This document shows, one piece after another, positions 48,954-60,600 of a stretch of 64,000 bases of DNA (the first letter of the stretch is position 1; each line of letters begins with the position of its first letter). The DNA lies in the NCBI GenBank assembly GCA_038044205.1, contig JBBTAN010000017.1:175315-239314 (forward strand). The letters run 5' to 3'. This DNA comes from Nanobdellota archaeon (GTDB lineage Archaea; Nanobdellota; Nanobdellia; Pacearchaeales; GW2011-AR1). Under the pieces are notes generated by a model. The model did no database searches, was not told where the DNA came from, and saw only the letters and a program-made list of their open reading frames with translations. The position numbers and the translations under genes were made by a program.

Positions 48954-49436
48954 ATGGCTTGGTATAAAGAATTTTATAGTAAATCAGATGGAAATGATGA
49001 ACCAACGCAAAATAAGCAACAGCCGCCAAGTATTAATGAACAGCTTCCATTAGCACAGAATCTTCAACCAGCCCAACAGAAAGAAGTAGAAAGAATTATA
49101 GAAGTTGATAGTAAGAAACCAGCAACTCCGAATGTTCAACCTGTTAATCAACCAATGGCATCTGTTTCTATACAGACTGCTAAAATGCCAATAGGTGGAA
49201 AAGCAAAAGAAATAATATTAAATAAATATAAAGAAATAGGTAAAAATAAGAAAGTATTAAATACTGAAGAGACAGTTGATTTTTTGAAAACTATTTTTAG
49301 TAATAAAGAGGTAATAAAATCTATACCTGATATTTTTAATTCTTTTAAAGTTGTAAAAGATGAAAAAGAAAGTGGTGGATTAAAGTTACATGCTTATAAA
49401 AAAATATTTATGGAATTACTGGACAGATTGAAATAA
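48954..49436 (+). CDS. Hypothetical protein (start corrected to MAWYK)
   Basis: GGAG SD before ATG 48954; Q/P-rich linker. Confidence 0.6.
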   Translation: MAWYKEFYSKSDGNDEPTQNKQQPPSINEQLPLAQNLQPAQQKEVERIIEVDSKKPATPNVQPVNQPMASVSIQTAKMPIGGKAKEIILNKYKEIGKNKKVLNTEETVDFLKTIFSNKEVIKSIPDIFNSFKVVKDEKESGGLKLHAYKKIFMELLDRLK

Positions 49437-49451
49437 TTAAGGAGAACAATT

Positions 49452-49793
49452 ATGCCTAAAGGTGTTGTAAAAACAAAAGCAGATGAAAAGAAATGGAACA
49501 AGGCTAAAAGTATTGTGAGGGAGCAATATAAAGATAAAAGTGAAGATAGCGATAGTTTTTGGGCATTAACTAATTCTATTTTTCAGAACATGAAAGGTAA
49601 AAAGAAAGCATCAGGTTGGTATAATATGTATATAGAATCAAGTATTGATGTTGAATCTAAGATTAAGCCATCAGGTCATTTAGACACTCAAATATTTCCT
49701 AAAAAAGTAGATCCTCAACATGACCCAAGAAATGTTACTGGAAAAGGGAAATTTCAACCAATGTTTAAAAACAAGAAAAATAAAAAGAAGTAG
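49452..49793 (+). CDS. Small basic phage protein
   Basis: DEKKWNKAK.IV..QY...FWALTNSIFQNM. Confidence 0.6.
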   Translation: MPKGVVKTKADEKKWNKAKSIVREQYKDKSEDSDSFWALTNSIFQNMKGKKKASGWYNMYIESSIDVESKIKPSGHLDTQIFPKKVDPQHDPRNVTGKGKFQPMFKNKKNKKK

Positions 49794-49804
49794 GTTTTAT
49801 TGTA

Positions 49805-51646
49805 ATGGCTAAAAATAAAAACAAAGTGGATTTAGAAAATTTAATGGAAGTTCTCCGTGCGGGGAAAATTGAAATCGAGCGTAAGTTCGGAAATCATATT
49901 CGCACTGTAGTTGATATTATGACATTCTGTTACGATAAAGAATATCTTAATTTCACGGGCCAAGGAATAAAATTAAGAACAGCACAAGAAGTTGCGCTTA
50001 AATTATTTTATTTCGGGTCTCCAGGAAATGAAGATATAGATTTAACTGAAGAAGAGGAAAAATGGTTAAGGGAGCAATCTGATTACGTAGATGATAAATT
50101 TATTGGCCATGAATACATGGTTGAGAAATTAGTAAGATTAAGACAATTAAGAAGAGCAGGTAATATAAAACATACAGATATGTTCCAAGAGCTTGTTCTT
50201 GTTTTCGGACGAAGAGCAGGTAAAACCTTCCTGTGCAGTGTTATAGCCGCATACGAGACCTATAAACTGCTTGCAGCCCCTAATGGATGTCCTCAAAAGA
50301 TGTATGGGCTTCCAGAGACAGCAGAGATATTTATAGTCAACTGTGCAAGATCAAAAGAACAGGCAACTATTCTTTTTAATGAGATAGCATCAAGAGTAAG
50401 GAGTGGTCCTTATTTTAAGGGAAGAATAAATAAAGATAGTAGTGTAAATGAAATTAGAATGTTTACAGAAAATGATAAGAAAATAAATAAGGAGTATGGC
50501 GATATTCCTGTTAAGGGAACAGTTATATTAAGGTGTGGGCATTCATCATCTGAATCCCTTCGTGGTACTGCTGCCATTCTTGTTATATTTGACGAATTAG
50601 CGCATATGTTAGATACTCAAGGTGGTTCTTCAGGTGCTGAAATTTATAGAGCACTTGTTCCTACAACAAAGACGTTTCAATTAGGTGGAGATCCAACTAA
50701 ACCAGAAGGTAGAGTAGTATCTATTTCAAGTCCTGGACCTAAAAGTGGTAAATTCTGGGATTTATTTAGACAGAGTTTAGATCCTAAAATGGGCAGAAAA
50801 ATGCTCATGTCCCAACTTCCTACTTGGGCAGTAAACCCAACCATAACAAGGGAAGCATTAGAAGAAGAATTCCTTAGAGATCCAGAAGGCGCAGAAATGG
50901 AATTTGCCGCCAGGTTTGCAGGAACAGCGTATTCTACATTCCTAAATCCAGATTTAGTTGATGCTTGTATGTCTCAATCTATAAAAACCATGTCTCATCA
51001 AGGTGAGCCAGGTAAAGCCTATTTTATGCATATAGACCCCGCATTAAATAATAATATATATGCTTTAGCTATTGGGTATTGTGAAGAATATGTAAATGCT
51101 ATGAATGAACGTAGAAGAAGAGTATATATTACTCATACTCATAGATTTGTTCCAGAGAGTGGAAGAGATGTTCAGATGGAAGATGTGGAAAAAGAAATAA
51201 TAAGATTGTGTTTAAACTATAAAATAATTAGTATTACATTTGATGTATGGAATTCTGCCCAAACAATTCAGAATTTAAGGAAAAAATTAGCAATTCCTAT
51301 TAAATCAACTACATTCTCAAATATGTATAAACAACAGATATATGGTAGTTTGAAAGAATTAGTAGTTAGAGGTGATCTTGAATTTTTCCCTGATAAACAT
51401 ATTGCAGGTGAATTAAAAGGATTAAGAGTTAAGTATTTATCTCATGGATTTAAGATAAGACCAGATTTTAAGAGTGATGTTCCTACAGATGATTTGGCTG
51501 ACTGTATAGCTGCTATTTGTTTTCTAAGTACAGAAAAAGTTATACATAGAAAATTACCTAAACCTACTGTTGCTTTTGGTGGTGGAAATATAAAAAATCA
51601 TATGGCTCAACTTCATAGTAAATATGACAGACAATTTAGTATATAA
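49805..51646 (+). CDS. terL: Terminase large subunit
   Basis: LVFGRRAGKT Walker A, VIFDELAH Walker B, ISSP coupling motif, MHIDPA, TFDVWNS, TDDLAD nuclease residues. Confidence 0.9.
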   Translation: MAKNKNKVDLENLMEVLRAGKIEIERKFGNHIRTVVDIMTFCYDKEYLNFTGQGIKLRTAQEVALKLFYFGSPGNEDIDLTEEEEKWLREQSDYVDDKFIGHEYMVEKLVRLRQLRRAGNIKHTDMFQELVLVFGRRAGKTFLCSVIAAYETYKLLAAPNGCPQKMYGLPETAEIFIVNCARSKEQATILFNEIASRVRSGPYFKGRINKDSSVNEIRMFTENDKKINKEYGDIPVKGTVILRCGHSSSESLRGTAAILVIFDELAHMLDTQGGSSGAEIYRALVPTTKTFQLGGDPTKPEGRVVSISSPGPKSGKFWDLFRQSLDPKMGRKMLMSQLPTWAVNPTITREALEEEFLRDPEGAEMEFAARFAGTAYSTFLNPDLVDACMSQSIKTMSHQGEPGKAYFMHIDPALNNNIYALAIGYCEEYVNAMNERRRRVYITHTHRFVPESGRDVQMEDVEKEIIRLCLNYKIISITFDVWNSAQTIQNLRKKLAIPIKSTTFSNMYKQQIYGSLKELVVRGDLEFFPDKHIAGELKGLRVKYLSHGFKIRPDFKSDVPTDDLADCIAAICFLSTEKVIHRKLPKPTVAFGGGNIKNHMAQLHSKYDRQFSI

Positions 51647-51647
51647 A

Positions 51648-51676
51648 AGGAAAATTATTATATTTTTTTGAATATA
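51648..51676 (+). promoter_or_regulatory. AGGA-N18-GAATA promoter-like motif
   Basis: AGGA 51648-51651, GAAT 51670-51673. Confidence 0.55.
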
Positions 51677-51693
51677 AGTGATATAATATATAA

Positions 51694-54600
51694 ATGGAGG
51701 CGCTAATGGTAAGCGAAAATATAATTACATCTTTAGCCAATAAATCTGTTGAATTGAAAAATAAAGAAGCTGAACAGTATTTATTAGAAAAGAATAAGAG
51801 TAATGGTAAGGTTATTCCTTTACCTAATAACATGAAAAGTGACGCTTCATCTATTATTAAATTGCTTTCTTCTGAAAAGCCAGAGATTAGGTTTACAAGG
51901 AAGGATTTAGAAGAAGTAGAGAGTGCAGAACAAGTAAAAGATATAATTATTGATATTGTTCATACTTATTGGAGTAAATCTCCTGATTGGTCAGCGTTTG
52001 TATCTGATTCTAAAGAAAATGACAAATCATATATAGATATTTTAGCAGAGGCTATATTTATGAATAAAGATCAGCTATTGAAAGAATCAGTAATTCCTGA
52101 AGCTTTACCTCAAGCTGGTGCTGCTGGGGGCGCTCCTGGTGGAGCACCTCCTATGCCTATGGCATTTAATATAAGCAAAATGAAAAAATCCGCCATAACT
52201 CCTGATATAAAGAATTCTTTTTTTAATTTTAATAGATTTAAGAGCGCACAAACTGATAAAGCTATCATACTTGATCCTAAACAGGTATTAGGTAGATTCC
52301 AAGGTAAATTTGCTTATGATTGGATAGGTATAAGAAAAAATATAAGAGAGATTTTGAGAAATTTGGCTACTATAGACAAATCTCTTATTGAGAATAAGAA
52401 TTTATTACAAAGCGCAGGGACTACTGGTGGAAATCCTCAAGAATTACAGGCAAAGATAACTAAACTTGAACAAGAATCAAATATTCTGAAAACAACAATA
52501 AATAAATTATATCAGGATGAAGAAAATTTAATAAAGAATTTTTTTGAAACTTCAGTATTTGAGGGAGTAACGATAAAAAATGAAGATAAATCAATAATTG
52601 CAAACCTCGTTCTTTCTGAATTAATTGAAAAAACTTACAAAACAGATATAGAAAATTGCAATAAGTTATTAGGAACTGACTGGAAGTCTTCAATAACTAA
52701 TATTATATCTAAATATAAAAATATACAATCTGCTGTTAAACAACCTACAGTTAAAAAAGAAAAAACAAAGGAAGTAAAGGAAAAATCTCCTTTACATTAT
52801 AGGTTTTTAGATAAAGTCTACGATATATTAAAAGAACTTGCTCCATGTAGTGAAGAAGAAGATAATCTTACATTTGATACTAAAAAAGGAAAGCCCTATG
52901 TTAAATTAGGTGCTGCTAAATTAGGAAAATTAGATGCGGAAAGTAAATATTTATATAGCAGAGCAAGCTATGTAAAAAATGCTTTTTCTTTATTTTATAG
53001 ATTAGATGAAACTCCCGATCTTGTTGAGAAAGAAATAGATAAAAACAATAAATTTACTCAATATGATGATAATGAATTAAATATTTTAATAAACAGATTG
53101 ATGGTAGTAAACAATTCAATGAAGGATGCTGTTCTGGCAAAGAGTTCTTTATTTTCTGGTGTTAGTGAATTGAAAAAGAATACTGTAAAGAATATTACTG
53201 AAGTAAGAAAATTTTCTGATGATTTAGATAAACAAATACCTGCTATAAAAACAAAAGAACAGGCTATTGCTTTATGGGAAAAAGTAAAGAATTTTTTTAA
53301 AGGGAAAGGTAAGAATAGAGAAGAAGGTGGACCTGTATACTTTGAAGGTATAGAAAAATTAGTTGATTCTTATATTACAAATATGGGATCTCTTATTAAA
53401 ACAGGGGCTATTGAATTTCATGCTGAAGACGAAGTGAAAGAAGATAAATCAATTAATTTCACTCCTATGCTTGTTGCTATAAATAGTTATAGAATACAAC
53501 AAGGTTCTTTTGCTCCTGGTAAAACTTTCTATAGCCGTTTTCCTCTTGATGAAAAAGATTGTGATTTATTGATAAATGAAGAAAGTAGAAAAGGAATTTC
53601 TATTTTTTATATTTCAAATAATCCAGACAATACAATGAAAACATTCAATGAAGAAATAAATAAATTAGCCCAATACAATATAAATAAATTATCTTCTTTA
53701 GATAAAATTGATGCTTCATTAGCTTCGATAAAAATGAAATTAGAAAATCTATTAACTAGGGTTTATTCGTCTGAAGAAGAAACCCCTGCTTCTAGTCAGG
53801 GGTTAGATTACATGGCCTACAGAGATGATGTTTTTAATTCTTCAGCCTTTAAGAAATATATGGCAGGTTATGGAGGAACTACACCTGATAAACAAATAGC
53901 AATGCCTCATTTTTTTGAAGCAAATGTATTACTTGCTGCTATAATTTTCAATGCCAATAAAACAAAAGATTCAAGTCTCGTTGCAGATGTTTATGCTCGT
54001 TGTGGAACTGGAAATAATATAAAAGTTACAAGTAATGAATTAGAATCTTTAAAGCAATTGTTTTACGATAAAGAAAAAGTAGAAATAGTTATAGATAATG
54101 AGAAATTTAATAATTTCATTGCGGAAGGATTTGCCGCATTTAATGATTCTATTTTTGCTGATAAGAGAGAATTGTATTCAAGAAAGAGAGAACAGGCTGA
54201 TAGAGATGATAGTATGAAGAATATAATGATTGATGGAAAATTTATTTATGATTTTGAAAAAGATAGGAATAAGGCATTTTTAACTACATTAACTCCTTAT
54301 TTAGGCACTATGCAGGCTATCATAAAGAATTGTTTGACGCAAGGTGAAAAGACTTCCAAAGAATGGGGAGATACAGTTGATTCAGGTGAAGAGAAATATG
54401 GCGTAATAAAGAAATCCACCGTATCTATAAATCTAAATAATTATCCAGTTAATGACAGACCTACTGTCGGTAAAGACGTAAAAGAATTAGAAAAATTATT
54501 TGAAGCATTTAGTGATTCTTCTATTTATTCTGATGCCGATAAACTAAATAATACAGTTCGTTTATTGAAGATTAAAATAAATAATATAGCTGATAAGACT

Positions 54601-57600
54601 TTTAAAGAAGAAATAGAAAAGGCAATTGCAAAACCTGATATGAAAAAAGAAGATTATTTGTCAATAGTAAGTAAGATGATAGAGGATGCAAATACAACTG
54701 TAGCTAATCATGATAACTTTGAGAGGGCAGCATTCTTTGCTCTTACTGGTTACTTGTCTTCTTCTCGTGGAGAATTAAGAGAAGCAAGTAATAATCTATT
54801 CTCTACATCAAACAATTCAATAGCTGCATTGATGGATGTAGGCAAGAAATTGCTTGACCCTGGACTACAGACTTTCTACGATAAGACAAGAGAGTTAATT
54901 CTTCGTAATGGGAAACTTGTATTAAAAGATATTTGTGAAGATAAAGATATAAATGAAAAAGTTATTAAAGCTTACTGTGAAAAATTATCTAAATATGAAG
55001 AATTGAGCAAAGGATATAAAAATGCGGAACTTGATGTTCTAGCTAGAAAATCATTAGAAGGTAAGAAAGTCCCTGCGGATAAGATAGGAGAACTATTAGA
55101 AAGTGAAAAAGCTAAAATAAATAAAACATTATCTGATGATATGAGTTTATATGAAGCTAATGTATTATCTACCTCTCATCGTAAACTGTCTATATCTTCA
55201 GCATTATTTTCAGTAAATAAAGGTAATTTTTATGATTTTCTTCCTGCTGAATTAAAGAAAAATTATGAGGAACATGTTCCTAGTTTCATTAATTTCTTCA
55301 ATGGATTTTTAAAATCCCAAGGCGAAGGAAAATCTTTTGATTCCGTAGTTGATAAAACTATAACTGATTATTTTATTAAAATCTATGCGAAGAATAAACA
55401 AGAACCTGAAGTAGAAAAATTATTACAATCAAATCAATTTAATATTTTTAAGAAGTTAATGAAAAATTATATAGTCAGTTATATGATAAATGTAAGAGAT
55501 TACAATAATCCAGATGCTGATAAAAAATCAGTAGTAAACACTGTAAATGTAGAACCTATTAAAGAATTGAAATTGCCTACTAATATTGATAGTAGGATAA
55601 GAGAAATAGAAAGAAAAATAAGTAAAGAAACTCCTGTAAACTATAAAGCAATTTCAACAAAGATAAAATCTACAATTAGAAATATACTTGGTAATGAAGT
55701 AAATAATCAAGCGCAGACTGTTATAGAAGATACTTCTAAAATTGGTAAGATATTATCAATTATAGATTTCTATAAAGATACAGGTAATAAGTTAAGCGAA
55801 AAAACTAATGGATTAAAAGATTTAGAATTGATCTTTTATTTAAATGATGAAGATGTAAAAAATATAAAGTCTGTATACGATGAGTATAAAAAAGTATATG
55901 GAAGTATTAAGAATAATGCCAATGCAGAAATATTTAACTGTCTACAGGATGCTTCTATATCTTTATCTAATGTTACAACTATGGCTTCTGAAAAATTAAA
56001 TAAAGATACATTTAATAATTTTATTGAAAGCTATTTTGATAGAGATAAGAGAGAAACAAGCAAATTATTGGAAAATTTGAAGTCATTAAAACAGTTAGGT
56101 AGTCCTTCACAAAGAAAATTAATTAGTAATAGGGAAAAGTATGAATTGGCAATCACTACTTATGATTTATTATTTGAGCCTACTGTAGAGAAGCTAGAAG
56201 AGATAAGAAATAAGATTCTGGGGTTAGAAGGTGTTACTGATAAGAAATTGAGTAGAGAAGAAAGAAAGCAATTAAGGGAATATAAGGAACAGAAATCTGC
56301 TATTGAAGATGTATTAGAGGCAAAAGAAAAGATAAAAGAAATAGATGAGAAATTACGTTCAGGTAAAGAAGATATAGCATTAGATAATTCTTTTGATTTA
56401 TCTGTTAAGAAGACAATAGCTTCAGGGGAAGAATCTGGATTATCTTTTGACGAAATAGACGAATTAGTAAAATTACGTTCATCGAGAGATAGAAGTGAAA
56501 AATATATATCTTCTAATTTATCTCATTCTAAATCTCAATTCTATAAAAAGAATGTAAATAGTATTGTCCATAATAGTATATTGGCAATAATTAATGAGCA
56601 TAAATTTGGAGTAGATGTAAATGATTTATCATTAATTACTAATTTATTGCAGAAGAAATTAGATACAGTAGCTGATTCGTTAGAAAAAGATATTAGACAA
56701 GCACTCAATACTAATAAGGTTCCTTCTGGTAAGGATATATTAAATTGGGCAATATCAACAATAAAAGATGAAAAAGTATTGAAATTAAAATCAGAGCATT
56801 TGTCAGATAAGAGTAATGATTTTCAATATATGATTTCTGAACTTGTAGCTCTAAAAGAAAGAATAAAAGAGGAAGATAATACTGAAGTTTTTGATAAGTA
56901 TAAAAAAGAATTTCGTGATTTAGTTTATATATTTTCTACATGTTTAACAGGATGCGTTAGTAGCATGTATGGTTATTGTAAGAGTGATTCTTTATTGAGG
57001 GAAATGGAAAAGGAAGGAATTAAGCTATTTAATGAAGCTGAAAAGAATGTTCGTATTACTGATAGAAATTCCAGGATTTATGCTTATTATCTCTATAAAA
57101 CAAAAGAGAATTTTGATTGGGCAATCAATGGTGGAGCTATTAGAACAGCGTATGAATTAAGTAAATCTGATGAATTATTTAATGCTAATGGATTAGAAAG
57201 GAAAGGTGAAGATGCAATCCTTGTAAACTCTATAAATGAATTAATAAAAATTGCTCCCGCTGGAACAGTTGATCCTGAAAAAACTAAATTAATTTCTTCT
57301 TATACAAATACCAGAATAGAAGGTCTTGATACTGAAATATTGCAACTTCTATCTGATGTTAACGATGATAAGAAATCTCATTTACATATATTTTTATCCG
57401 CTGAAGAAATTGAAAGTTATGAGAGTATAAATAATAAATTAAATTCTGATGAATTAGTCGAAAAAGAATCTATGACAGGTGAAGAAAGAACTAATATTAG
57501 GAAACAAAAGAATGAATATATGAAAGAGTTAATGGTGTTAGAAGTTAAAATTGACAATAATTATTGGAATGAAGTGGCTCTTGTTCTTGCAAAGAGATTC

Positions 57601-60600
57601 ATAAATGAAAAGGATGCTAGTTTAAGTAGAAGTGCTTATGCAGTTGATTTTGCTAAATATATTAGTAAGGATCAGGCGGTTTTAGCTTATTGGGATGATA
57701 ATTATGAAAATCTTAATCGTATAGTAAAAGAAATAGAAGTCTACAAGGCAACAAGATCTCATTCAGAAGAAGATACTGTTAAATATAATAAAAATATGTA
57801 TGAAATTAGAAAATTGACTTCTAATACTGAAAAGTCAGTTCAATCCTATAATGCTATTATTTCCTCAAACAGAAAAAATGTTCTTTCTCCAGAACAATGG
57901 AAAGAATCTAATGAGTTAGAAGAAAGATTCATTAAATTAGCTAAAAATTATTTAAGAGATAAGGGATTAGGTGAACGTGTAGATACATATGAGGAAATTA
58001 AAGATACTCAAGACAGAAATTATATAGATATGAGGTATGGTCTTATTTCTCTTGGGTTGGGTCTTTCTACAAGTACGGATGATGTCGGTAAATATTATGA
58101 AATGAGAAAGCAAGTAATTGATGGAAGCGCCCATAAGATGAAAGATAAGGATGTTAAGAGATTAAGTGAATTAGAAGATTTAGCTGCGTTGTATGGTTCT
58201 AAATTATTACGTAGAAGTAAAACTCCTTATGAGAAAATGTCAAAGGAAGAACAATCTATTTATGATTATATTAATTTATTATATAGTTCCGTATGGAAGG
58301 GAATGAAAGAAGAAGGAAGTGAAAATTCCGCTAGAGTATTAAATGAATCTTTAGTAGAATATCTAACAAATCTCAAATTTATGGGTGTGGCACAAATTAA
58401 AAAGAATCCTAGAATTAAGCCATTAAAGGATATGGCTGCTCAACTATACAGAATTGGTTACATAAGCACAAATCCTGATGAAAAAGTCATTGCTGCTAAC
58501 CATATGGCATCTATTAGTTCACTAGCACAGAGAAATGAAAAGAAAATTGCAAAAACAATGGGTGCTGATAAGTATAGAGAATATTTGGAATTAAATGAAT
58601 TATTATTAGGATTTGGTGGATCTCAATATAAAGATAAATCTGGTCCTGATGATATTGATGATACTGATATAACAAAATTTAATGATTCAATGAAGGTATC
58701 TTGTGAAAGAGCAATATATGATGATATTAAGGATAATTTTGAAAATGTAAATGTTGAAGAAACAAATGATTTCATTAAATCTCTTTATATTTTATATAAA
58801 CATACGAATAATATAAATATAGATGAAGATATTAATAGAGATATTATAAATTCCTATTTGAATAATAGTAAGAAATTAGCGTCGTCTAAAGGTAAGGATA
58901 AGAGATTTGATGCATTTGAAAAGATACAAGAAATAAATATTTCAGAAAATCCTATTTTAGAAGAAGTTAAGAATCTATCTCAAACAATTAAAAATATATT
59001 AAATAATGATTTTGGTTGTTTAATATTCGGTTATGGAGAAGATTGTGAAGTATTGTTAGGAAATATATTAAATGACAACGATAGTAAAGAAATTTGTGAG
59101 GCTATAGCCAATTCCATTGGCGATAATTATCTAACTAGTAGTGAACTATCTCTTATTAGATTAGCTATTTTTGAAACAAATATGTATGTAAGAAAAGAAT
59201 TTTTTGATTTTATATCAAAAGGCGATGTTCCTATTAAGGACTTCGTGGCAAATTCAAATATTGCGATGAAAAATTATTTCTTTGCCAATTCGGGTGGTTC
59301 AGAAAAGATAATAAAGATAGGTAAAGCTATTCTAGCTAATAGAAATAGAAAATATAATAGTCAATTCTGTGTCCCTAAATGGATTCTTTATCAGATGCAT
59401 TGTGCAGGTGCAATAAGAGGTTCAGAATTATTTGGAGAAAGTCAATCAACTCTAGGGAAACTGATTGGTAGAGGTTTTGGTGCTGAAGATATGGCTGGTG
59501 TAGTATTAGAGAAATGGATGACTGCTGCCGATAGGGTTGTTCCTACATCTATTACAATTGATGGTAGTGGCAATCCAAAGTTACGTGGTTGTGTCAACTT
59601 CTGTAATAATTCAGCAAGGCAGAGAGTAGCGGAAGAACTCAAAGATGTAAAGGGAATTAAAAAGATAAATAAAGAATCTCTTGTTACGGCTTTGAATTAT
59701 GCTTTTAAAAATGCTACTTTAACTGATGAAGAGAATGAAATTAAAAATACCCTTCTCGGTGAAAGTGGATTATTTACTGAAAAAATTATTACTAAAGGTA
59801 AGAAAGGAAGTAATAATCCTGAAAAAGTTTCCAGAGAAGCAAAATATGAAGAATTTACTTCATTCATGTTACTTATTCTTCCAAAGCATCCAGAAATTGT
59901 TAATGATTTAATTGAAAAATATGAAGAATTGAGAACTAATAAAAATGAAGAATTAAGTAAAGAACAAGCTAATATTTCTATAAGAAAATGGTTGACAGAT
60001 CATAAATATACAGTAGAAGATACTTCTAATGTAGGAAGTAGCACTTCCATAGGAGGTAGAAGAGTTGTATTTAATAAAGAACTTGTAAGTGATGAGAAGA
60101 TAAGTGCTGTAGTTAGAGCTATGTTTGAATCAAGTACAGGTAAACGATGTGATTTTAATTCAATAAGTATTATGTCTGCGTTTTCGATGTTACTAATGCA
60201 TAATAATTTATCTTTATCTTCTAGTGCAGATATAGAAAAATTAGAAAAATTTGTAGAAGTAAATAAGGAAGGCAAAACTCTACCTTGGAAGTCATCGGAA
60301 GAAAGAGCTATGTTTGGAAGCGATTTCCCAGTTATCGAACAGTTAATGTGGGCAACACTTCTTGAAGGTTACAAGAAAGATGAAAGAACAAAAGCTAAAT
60401 TATTAGAATCTGATAAATCTTTATCAGGTATATCTTTAACAGATCCTGAAGTTCTATTTATCAAAGAAGTAAATGAAGTATTTAAATCCTTATATGGAAA
60501 GTATCCAATACATCCAGAAGATGATAAGAAAGTAAAAAATATAATTGCAAGGGCTGCTTCATTAATGCATTCTGTAGCTAAAAATAGCTATGAAGATAAG

